Below are positions 55,794 to 63,815 of a DNA stretch of 64,000 nt, piece after piece. Both the position numbers and the translations under genes were made by a program. A model generated the notes under the pieces. The model did no database searches and was not told the DNA's origin. It saw nothing but the letters and a program-made list of their open reading frames with translations. Numbering within the stretch: the stretch's first letter is position 1; the number at the start of each line of letters is the position of its first letter. Where the stretch lies: contig JAAWKA010000001.1 of the NCBI GenBank assembly GCA_022797145.1, positions 125,745-189,744 of the forward strand, read 5' to 3'. Source of the stretch: Clostridia bacterium. Lineage in GTDB: Bacteria > Bacillota > Clostridia > TANB77 > CAG-508.

Positions 55794-56636
55794 TTATCTT
55801 TCTATGAAACTTAGTTCTTTTATTGTTTCTTTTCCTATAATCTCATTTGCTAATTCTATCAGTTCATTCCATCTTAATATTTGTACTTTACGATGGACAT
55901 CTATTCCATATAATACTTTTATATTATATTTTGTAGCAACTTTCCAAAACTCTTTGTTAGGATATGAAACTTTGTATAATTTCTTTTTTTGCTCTTCTAT
56001 AGAATCATTATTCAATTTTCTATTTTCGTAATATGTTCTATTAAATATTTGAGCTAAATTTATTTCTAGTGGTATATTGTATTTTTCAGCTGTTTCACAA
56101 ATTATGTTTGCTACTTTATTTTCTATCTTTCCAAAATTATTTCTATTAATCATATAAATATCTGGATGAACAATTATATCTGGTATATTCATTTCCATTG
56201 ATTTTTTTATATATTCTGCATATCTCATTAATTCTTCATCTGTAAAATAGTTGTTTCCAAAAAAAATCTTTAATTTTTTATCATTATCATATATAAAGTG
56301 CTGACCCAAAATAATTTTATCTGTTTCCTCTTTTAATTCTTTGAGATTATTTTCTTCTCCTGGTAAATACTCAACCTCAAATCCACTTTCAATTTGTATT
56401 TTATCTTTATATTTTTCTTTTAAAACATTTATGCTATTTAAATATTCATCTTTTTGACTATATTTCATTCTCATGTCTTTTCTTTTATCTATCTCATTTT
56501 TCTCTGGGCAGTGATCTGTAAATGCAATTTTCTCAAATCCCATTTTTATATATTCTTTTATATAATCTTCATCTTTCATATCCAAATCTGCATGTCCACA
56601 TCTATATGTATGTGAATGGTAATTAAATTTTTGCAT
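55794..56636 (-). CDS. PHP-family phosphoesterase (HisJ/histidinol-phosphatase-like)
   Basis: NYHSHTYRCGHA, FTDHCP and HPD motifs. GGAGG upstream of ATG 56636. Confidence 0.8.
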   Translation of the reverse strand: MQKFNYHSHTYRCGHADLDMKDEDYIKEYIKMGFEKIAFTDHCPEKNEIDKRKDMRMKYSQKDEYLNSINVLKEKYKDKIQIESGFEVEYLPGEENNLKELKEETDKIILGQHFIYDNDKKLKIFFGNNYFTDEELMRYAEYIKKSMEMNIPDIIVHPDIYMINRNNFGKIENKVANIICETAEKYNIPLEINLAQIFNRTYYENRKLNNDSIEEQKKKLYKVSYPNKEFWKVATKYNIKVLYGIDVHRKVQILRWNELIELANEIIGKETIKELSFIER

Positions 56637-56776
56637 CTTATGTATTCCTCCAATTCTTTTATTTATGCTAACTATACCATAAAAAATCAAAAAAACAAAG
56701 CATATAACAAATTAAATTGTTAAATACTTTACATTTTAAGTTTTATCTCCAAGCATTCATATATTTTATAATCAAT

Positions 56777-58645
56777 TTATACTACTCCACACACCATATC
56801 AACTTCTATTGTTACCCCTATTTCATGATTTTCTATTCTTTTAACCTTATTTTTGCCTTTTCCCTCAAAACTAATAAAATCCTTAAATACACTAAATTTA
56901 ACTATTGTATCAATTTTTTTAGATATAGCACCGAGCAACACTCGACGTGGCTTACATATAGGCTGTAGATAGTTTTTGCTAACCTCGTATGATGACTGTT
57001 GATTTTTGTCTTCTTTTTCATCCTCTTTGCATTTAATTTCATTGCCACTTTTTAAGATAAATGTTATGACTCTCGGATTAGTTTTCCCTTTACTGTCCTT
57101 TTCTCCTATTATAACTTTTTCTATCATTAATTCAAAAACATCTTTGTCAAATTCTGGCATAATTTCATTGTCTTTAAACAAAGTTTTAAACTTGTTTAAT
57201 CCTTGATTTAAACTAATTGAATCCTCTAATTCAATTTGTAAATGCTCTTGTTCTTTTTCTATTTGATTGATTTTGTTTTGTAGTTTTGCTTTCTTTTCTT
57301 GCAATGTTTCTAATGTTATTGTTCCATTTAAGTTTAAATCAATTAGTTTGTCTATCTTTTCTTTTAAAATTTGCTTTTCTTCCCCTAGTCTTTTAATAGA
57401 ACTTTCGTTACTTTCTTCTTGTATAATTTCTTCCATTTCATTTAAGAATGTTTGGATTAGTTATAAGTTATTATTACATAATAACTTATAACTTTCGGTA
57501 AATACTTCTTCTATTATGTTTTCTTTCATAGCTTTACAGTGTGGACAATTTTCCTTTCCATGTTTTACAAATTCCATACAATGCCAAACTGTAATGCTGT
57601 TTTTCGTTCCAGAATGCCAGTTTCTTCTTGTAAGTAAGCTACCACAGAAACCACAATATAATCTACTACTAAAAGGATATTTTCTACTAAAGTTGCCTTT
57701 TCTTCTTCCAGAACCTCGAACTCCTGCTCGCTTTTGCAAAATTTCTTGTGCTTGATTAAACATTCTTTCAGAGATGATTGGCTCATGATGTTCTTGTATA
57801 TAATATTGATTTTCTTCTCCCATATTGACTACTCTTCTATGTGAGATTGGATCTGTTGTATATGTTTTTCCTTGCAAGACATCTCCTTTGTATTCTTCGT
57901 TTTTCAAAATACCTCTTATGGTTGATTCGTGCCATTTCTTTTTACCTGTTGGAGTTTTGTATTTCATATTTGTTAGTTCTTTTGCTATTGTTGTACAGCC
58001 TACTCCTTGGCAGTATCTTTCAAAGATATATCTTACTATTTCTGCTTCTTCGTAATTAATTGAGATTTCTTTTGTGTCTTTATGATATACATATCCTAAA
58101 CATCCATTATATCCAATTAGTTCTCCTCTTTTCTGTTTCATTTGTAAACCCAATTTTACATGTGAAGAAATATTTTCGCTTTCTTGTTGTGCCATTGCAC
58201 TTAATACTGTTAGCATGATTTCTCCTGATATTTCTAAAGTATTTATTCTTTCTTCTTCAAAGTAAATAGCAATTCCTTTTTCTTTTAACCCTCTTACATA
58301 TTTTAAGGTATCAACTGTGTTCCTTCCAAATCTTGATATTGATTTTGTAATTATCATATCAAATTTGTTATTTGTAGCATCTTGCATCATTTTCATAAAG
58401 CCATCTCTTTTATAGTCTAGTGTTCCTGTTATTCCTTTATCCGCATAAATACCAACATATTTCCAATCACTATTTGCTTTTATCTTTTCTTCATAATACT
58501 TTAGTTGGAAATTATAACTGTTTATTTGTTCTTCTTTTTCTGTACTTACTCTTGCATAGGTACATACTCTTAAGTTTCCTTTTATTTCTTCTCCTGTTGT
58601 TCTATTAATTCGACCTTTTTTCTTCTCTATAACTTGTACTTTCAA
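56777..58645 (-). pseudogene. Large serine recombinase interrupted by one in-frame TAA (394 aa + stop + 227 aa in the same frame)
   Basis: The N-terminal resolvase domain has the catalytic YARVST. It is followed by a recombinase domain, a zinc ribbon (CGFCG...CMEF...CPHC), a coiled coil and a DUF4368-like tail. 58645-57436 = 1209 nt, so both ORFs share one frame and are separated by the TAA at 57461-57463. Confidence 0.8.
57459..57493. repeat. Perfect 16-bp-arm palindrome inside the recombinase gene, containing the premature stop
   Basis: AGTTATAAGTTATTAT-TAC-ATAATAACTTATAACT (plus strand). Confidence 0.9.
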
Positions 58646-58712
58646 AATTAACCTTCCTTTCTCAAGTTTAGAGAATCTTTATGTGCTTATTATACATCAA
58701 AAGTTAAATTTT

Positions 58713-58898
58713 TCAAATACCTATGTGAGTTAAATTGTATTCTTGTAGGATATTTTGCTTTAATTCTAAATATCTCTTTTCTTTAATTAGTCCTGCTTTA
58801 AATGTTTTGTTTAATATTGCTATTTTTATACTGCAATTAAATATATTTTTGTTTAACTTGATGTTTTTCGTATTATCAAAATTGACTTCATATAACAT
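58713..58898 (-). CDS. Small hypothetical protein (61 aa) immediately upstream of the recombinase
   Basis: Strong SD GGAGGAG 7 nt upstream of the ATG. Basic and Lys-rich. No family recognised. Confidence 0.55.
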   Translation of the reverse strand: MLYEVNFDNTKNIKLNKNIFNCSIKIAILNKTFKAGLIKEKRYLELKQNILQEYNLTHIGI

Positions 58899-58943
58899 AA
58901 AAATTCTCCTCCTTGAATAATTTAGATTTCAAAAAAGGCAACA

Positions 58944-58974
58944 GAAAAAGCCAGTCGGCTAGCTTCGACTGACT
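58944..58974 (-). terminator. Strong GC-rich intrinsic terminator about 45 nt upstream of the small-ORF start
   Basis: Minus strand reads AGUCAGUCG-AAGCUAGC-CGACUGGCU (9 bp including one G-U), followed by UUUUUCUGUUGCCUUUUUU. Confidence 0.75.
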
Positions 58975-59086
58975 TGATTGTTTTACATTTTTTGATAATA
59001 CGATTATATTATGCTATTCTATAAAGTTCAATTCCCGTTTTTTTCCCTTTTTTCTATTTAAATTTATAAAATATTGATTTCTAGGT

Positions 59087-59336
59087 AAGTACACTAAGTG
59101 TACTTGCATAAAAAACTTTGAAAATTTATTTTTATAATCCTTATTTGTGCGTTCACTTAGTGTACTTTTTGCTAATTTTTTTGAAATTTTAAGTTCACTT
59201 GGTGTACTTTATTTTAAATTTCAATCAAATTCAAGTACACTTGGTGAACTAATCTATGTATTTTTATAAAATTTAGTACATTTAGTGAACTTTAGCACTA
59301 TAATAGGCATTTTTTAACCATTCACTCGGTGAATTT
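59087..59336. repeat. Phased array of six 19-bp palindromic repeats (iteron/operator-like)
   Basis: Copies: AAGTACACTAAGTGTACTT (59087), GCGTTCACTTAGTGTACTT (59149), AAGTTCACTTGGTGTACTT (59191), AAGTACACTTGGTGAACTA (59233), TAGTACATTTAGTGAACTT (59274), CCATTCACTCGGTGAATTT (59318). Centre-to-centre spacing is 62, 42, 42, 41 and 44 bp. Confidence 0.85.
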
Positions 59337-59366
59337 TCACATCGAATTTGCTTAAAATTTTTGTTC

Positions 59367-59553
59367 TTTTATTAACTCTTGAAGGCTTGTCCTTCAATGT
59401 GTATAGGCGATGTGTGAACACTCGCTTTCCTGCCCTCAATTTTAATTGAGGTATTTCTGTTTTTATAGTATTTATGTATACTTAATTAGATATACTTATT
59501 TTTACAATCTTCATTTAAGATTTTATTAAAATTATGTGACAGCATATTCATTT
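59367..59553. repeat. Direct repeat, copy 2 (homologue of 54062-54268)
   Basis: TTTTATTAACTCTTGAAGGCTTGTCCTTCAATGTGTATAGGCGATGTGTGAACACTCGCTTTCCTGCCCTCAATTTTAATTGAGG...TTATGTGACAGCATATTCATTT. Confidence 0.75.
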
Positions 59554-59580
59554 CTAAATTCCTATATATTTTTGAATCTA

Positions 59581-62500
59581 TTAAATAGATCTTTTTAATT
59601 TTAAAACTTCTTTTATTGGTACATTTTTCATATCTGATGGTATTATAGGATCATCATCTTTCAAAATTGCTGCTGACTCTAAATCATATTTACTGATTTC
59701 ACAAGCTTGCATAATATTAACTTTTTTAAGACATATCTCATATTCTAACAAAGGAACTATTTGTTGGTTAGATATTACCATTGGTAAAAGAGTAATTTTA
59801 GGATTATTTTCATTACGGATTATCTCTTCCAAAATTCTTATATTTTTATCGTCAGTACAATTCATCTGATGAAAACGTGTAGCACTATTAATAATAATAT
59901 TTTCAGAATTGTCTTTTGGAATTTTTACTTTTCCTGTAATCATAACCCTATAGTCATAAATATTTGTTTTACTAATTCCTTTTATAAATGAAACTACAAT
60001 ATTCCCATCTATATCTTCTTTAGTAGCATTATCTATTAGGTCTTGAAAAACCTTTTTAGCTCCTTCCTCATTTTCAAATAAAAAACCTATTTTAATAAAC
60101 TCTTTATTTATTACATCTCCTAAATACACGACTCCTTTCCATTTAGCAACATCCCAATGATTACATTTAATCATTCCGGAAGAATAAATGTTTCTATGTG
60201 AAATATTTTCAAATGGATTATTTTCTGGAACTCCATATATAATATCTTTTTTCTCTGCAAAGGGTTCAATCGTTTCTTCCTTTATCTTATATTTTTTTAC
60301 ATTTGTATACCATTCTTTATCTCTGCTAATACTACAATTAGGTATGTCTATATCTTCCTCTTTACCAAATATTTTATTAAGATTATATAAACTATTTGTA
60401 TGATTTAAACTTCTTTCAAAACTCTTATCATCTTCAAATATTTCTTTAAAAGTTTTTTCATAATCTTCATATATAAAATTAACCGCCAATATATTCGTTA
60501 ATAACTTAAATAATATATCCGTTATTAAGTTATGATTTTCTACAGAAATATCATACATTTCAAATGAATCTAAAGTTATTGTATAAGTGTCTATTCCATC
60601 AAATGAATAATTAATATCAAACTTTCCAGTATTTTTTTGTTGTAATAGTATAACAATATCTCCACGCATATAAGTATGATGAGTATGAATTGTAGCAAAG
60701 GTATTTTCTAATAATGCTATTAAAAATTCAACAAATCTATGCATTAATTTTGAAGATATAAAGACTATCTTTATTTTATTACCACACAAAAATGAATAAA
60801 TTGTCCTTTCGCTTCCATTATTATAAACTGGTAATGGAAGCTTTTGATTTAGTGAATCTTTATAAAATTCTTCTATTAATTTATCTACTTTTCCTTTATC
60901 ACCATTACATTCTTCTAATAATTGATTATCATACTCACCTATTGCATACTTAGCCATAACTTCTGAAGTTACTAATCCATTTTTATGACACATCTCAATT
61001 ATTTTTGGCAAAAGATGAAAATCTGACATTTTTGTATTCAATATTTCTGAAGAAATTAATGCATCTCGTTGTAAAAAATAGTCATTTTCTTCATCAAAGT
61101 TTATATTTTCATTACTTTCATATAAAATACTTAATAAAATATGTTTAATAGAAAACCATTCTATTACTTCCTCTATATTGCCATTACTAATTTCTAAATC
61201 TATAATTCTATTTATTACTTTAAGTGAAAATGAATCTAAATATCTATCCTTTAAATAAATATCTATAAACATTGTAATAGCTGCTATATAATAGTTTTTA
61301 GCAACATAATGTAATCCTATAGATTCAAAATTGCCACCAATATTAACATAGGCTTCTACTAACTTGCCATCTGTTTCCTCTTTATACAGGAATGTTAAAC
61401 ATTTACCCAAAATATTAATTGCTTCATAATATTTTTTATTAGATACCAACATTTTAGATTTTTTTAAGTACATTTCCGCTCTTTGTATTTCACAATTTCT
61501 ATTTGATAATTTGTCTGTTACTAATTCATACAGCTGATTATACTTATCATTATTGCAAAATATTGGTAACATATTTTCAACCATTTTTGATAAAGTAAGG
61601 AAATCGTATTCTTTAAATCTTGTTGCTTCTTCAACAATAGCTATAAGATTATCAAATTGTTTATCTATATTCTCTTCTAATAAAATATTTATAATACACA
61701 TTTGAGTTTCTGCCTTTAATTGCGTAACTCTACTTTGAGATTTTTCTTTTTCATTTAAAAGATTTAATAATATATTTGTTTCATCTTTCACTTCATTTTT
61801 ATTTCTATTTTTTCTCGTATATAGTAATGTCCATAATGTAGCTAATTTTAATATTTCTTCTATTTTTTTATCTTTGATAACTTCATTTTGATATTCTATG
61901 TAATACTTTTCAAAATTAGTATCATCGTTTAACCACCAATTGTAGTACCATGCTAAATCATACAAAATATTTCTTTTATCTACAATATTATTTTTTTCTT
62001 TTGCCAATCTTAATGCACGTTCAAACTTTCCTACAACTGTTGCTTCATCCTCTTCTAAATCTCTACTCAAAATAGCTGACTCTATAGAGAGATCTATAAC
62101 ATCTTGATTTACTATTTTTTTTAAACAATAATCCTGCAATTTCTTTTCTATTTCTTCTACTTGCCTATGTTTCTTTAAATCGTTTGGACCAATTTGATTT
62201 TCTTTTAGTGGTTGAGTAATATTTATTATTTTTAGCAAATCCAAATTTTTAACATTGAGTGCTTTGTCTAATATCCATGTTTTATCTAAAACTCTTATTT
62301 CTACTCCTGTTTCTTTGCTCTTGTTATCTTGATATTCCAATTTTTTATCATTTTTAATTGCTTGATTCGTTATAAAGAAAATCTTTGTATAACCCCTGTT
62401 TGTTTCTATAATCTTTTTTATATCTCCATCACATTTTGATTTCCAAGCTTTTTTTAAACTAACTGCAAATGCCCATCTATCATTTTTTTCATTTAAACCA

Positions 62501-62781
62501 TACCACCAATAATTTTGAATATCTCTTGATACTGGATAATTTTCTGTATCAATTTTCCCATCTCCTCCTCCAGCTGGTCCAGTTTCTTCTATTAAATTAG
62601 GGCAAATCTCTCTTTTTAACAAATTTCTTATAAAATCTTCAAAATCAAAATGTTTATTTTGTTCTGCCAACTTTGATAAATGAAAATCTAGTAATTCTCT
62701 TGGACATTCAATCTTATCTATAATCTTTGAATCTGAAAATTGATTAGGATGTAACTTCCTTAATAAATCTTTAGGTTCCAT
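59581..62781 (-). CDS. 1066-aa protein: N-terminal Mrr/PD-(D/E)xK-like nuclease motif, central TPR-like helical repeats, unassigned C-terminal domain
   Basis: Pattern FEDFIRNLL...EE(65-66)TGPAGGGDGKID(71-78)...AFAVSLK(110). Helical repeats run roughly over residues 230-620. No Walker A/B. AAGGAGAG SD. Confidence 0.6.
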   Translation of the reverse strand: MEPKDLLRKLHPNQFSDSKIIDKIECPRELLDFHLSKLAEQNKHFDFEDFIRNLLKREICPNLIEETGPAGGGDGKIDTENYPVSRDIQNYWWYGLNEKNDRWAFAVSLKKAWKSKCDGDIKKIIETNRGYTKIFFITNQAIKNDKKLEYQDNKSKETGVEIRVLDKTWILDKALNVKNLDLLKIINITQPLKENQIGPNDLKKHRQVEEIEKKLQDYCLKKIVNQDVIDLSIESAILSRDLEEDEATVVGKFERALRLAKEKNNIVDKRNILYDLAWYYNWWLNDDTNFEKYYIEYQNEVIKDKKIEEILKLATLWTLLYTRKNRNKNEVKDETNILLNLLNEKEKSQSRVTQLKAETQMCIINILLEENIDKQFDNLIAIVEEATRFKEYDFLTLSKMVENMLPIFCNNDKYNQLYELVTDKLSNRNCEIQRAEMYLKKSKMLVSNKKYYEAINILGKCLTFLYKEETDGKLVEAYVNIGGNFESIGLHYVAKNYYIAAITMFIDIYLKDRYLDSFSLKVINRIIDLEISNGNIEEVIEWFSIKHILLSILYESNENINFDEENDYFLQRDALISSEILNTKMSDFHLLPKIIEMCHKNGLVTSEVMAKYAIGEYDNQLLEECNGDKGKVDKLIEEFYKDSLNQKLPLPVYNNGSERTIYSFLCGNKIKIVFISSKLMHRFVEFLIALLENTFATIHTHHTYMRGDIVILLQQKNTGKFDINYSFDGIDTYTITLDSFEMYDISVENHNLITDILFKLLTNILAVNFIYEDYEKTFKEIFEDDKSFERSLNHTNSLYNLNKIFGKEEDIDIPNCSISRDKEWYTNVKKYKIKEETIEPFAEKKDIIYGVPENNPFENISHRNIYSSGMIKCNHWDVAKWKGVVYLGDVINKEFIKIGFLFENEEGAKKVFQDLIDNATKEDIDGNIVVSFIKGISKTNIYDYRVMITGKVKIPKDNSENIIINSATRFHQMNCTDDKNIRILEEIIRNENNPKITLLPMVISNQQIVPLLEYEICLKKVNIMQACEISKYDLESAAILKDDDPIIPSDMKNVPIKEVLKLKRSI

Positions 62782-62813
62782 ATTCTCTCCTTCTTTATAT
62801 AATATACTTATTG

Positions 62814-63815
62814 TTAATCTTTCTTCTCAATCTTACTATTTATTTCTTTTAGTGCTTTTAAATATTCCTTTTCAACAGGACTAATAGTTTTAACTTGATA
62901 TTTTTTATATTCCGATTTTGCTTTTTCAATTGCTTGTTCATGGCTAACCGTACCTGCACCTATTAATAATTTTTCTCCTGTAGAAGAAAGAATTGTGTCT
63001 AATTGTTTAATATAATCTTCCATATACATTGGATTATGTCTTATTGCTTGTATTTCTGCAAAATCGAAATACCCTGATACTAAATTACTTAAAACTTTCA
63101 ATTCTTCTTCACTTAAATAATTTTTAGCAATTACTACATCACTCAATATTGGAATATCTCCTTTAAAAGTTGTTAATCCCATAAAAGGCTTTTCAGAATC
63201 TGCTCTTTCATATATTACTTCTGAAGCAGTATGTCCATGTGTCGCATAATGTAATTTATTTTGAACAATTTTAAAAAATTTAATTGATTTTTCATCTTTT
63301 GGATTATAATCTACTGCTGTTGCATATAAATCAAGAACTTGCCTATAAAGTACCTTTTCTGATGATCTAATATCCTTAATTCTGGCAAGTAATTCTCTCC
63401 AATAATTTCCTCCACCATTTCCTTTAAGTCTTTCATCATCCATAGTAAAACCTTTTATCATATATTCTTTTAATCTTTCTGTCGCCCATTTTCTAAAATT
63501 AGTAGCAACTTTAGATTTTATTCTATATCCCAACGAAATTATCATGTCTAAATTATAAAAGGGAATTTCTCTTGAAACATTTCTATTTCCCTCTTTTCGA
63601 ACTTGTCGGAAATTCTGACAAGTTGAATTCTTATCAAGTTCCTCTTCTAAATAAATATTATTTATATGTTCTATAACATTTGTTCTTGAAGTACAAAATA
63701 ATTCTGCCATTTGTTGTTGTGATAACCACACGCTTTCATTTTGAACTTTAACATCTATTTTTGTTAATCCATCGTCTGTTTGGTATATTATAATATCTCC
63801 ATTTTCATTATTCAT
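62814..63815 (-). CDS. RhuM-family protein
   Basis: N-terminus ...IIIYQTDDGLTKIDVKVQNESVWLSQQQMAELFCTSRTNVIEHINNIY and a body typical of RhuM-family proteins. Lies 32 nt upstream of the 1066-aa ORF. Confidence 0.7.
   Translation of the reverse strand: MNNENGDIIIYQTDDGLTKIDVKVQNESVWLSQQQMAELFCTSRTNVIEHINNIYLEEELDKNSTCQNFRQVRKEGNRNVSREIPFYNLDMIISLGYRIKSKVATNFRKWATERLKEYMIKGFTMDDERLKGNGGGNYWRELLARIKDIRSSEKVLYRQVLDLYATAVDYNPKDEKSIKFFKIVQNKLHYATHGHTASEVIYERADSEKPFMGLTTFKGDIPILSDVVIAKNYLSEEELKVLSNLVSGYFDFAEIQAIRHNPMYMEDYIKQLDTILSSTGEKLLIGAGTVSHEQAIEKAKSEYKKYQVKTISPVEKEYLKALKEINSKIEKKD

Larger units (their letters stand above)
54062..59553 (-). mobile_element. Putative recombinase-bearing module bracketed by about 190-205-bp direct repeats (possibly decaying)
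   Basis: Contains the serine recombinase, small ORF, repeat array and phosphohydrolase cassette between the two repeat copies. Several genes inside are disrupted. Confidence 0.4.

Noticed and set aside
57565-57786. 73-aa minus-strand ORF and plus-strand ORFs overlapping the recombinase gene.
   Set aside because: These are alternative frames of a clearly conserved serine recombinase coding region, with no independent signals.
59087-59336. Repeat array considered as a CRISPR array.
   Set aside because: The repeats are 19-bp palindromes that vary between copies. The spacers are about 23-25 nt of AT-rich sequence with irregular first spacing. No cas genes or leader are present.
58713-59336. Repeat array plus terminator plus downstream ORF considered as a type III (ToxIN-like) toxin-antitoxin locus.
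   Set aside because: Only the palindromic cores are conserved, not whole tandem units as in ToxI-type RNAs. The downstream ORF is 61 aa and shows no resemblance to ToxN/AbiQ-type endoribonucleases. The architecture similarity is noted under the findings only as a possible attenuator logic.
62551-62580. GPAGGGDGK in the 1066-aa protein considered as a Walker A P-loop.
   Set aside because: The Lys is followed by Ile-Asp rather than Ser/Thr, and no Walker B or other NTPase motifs follow. The segment fits a G-x-DG-x-D nuclease-type motif better.
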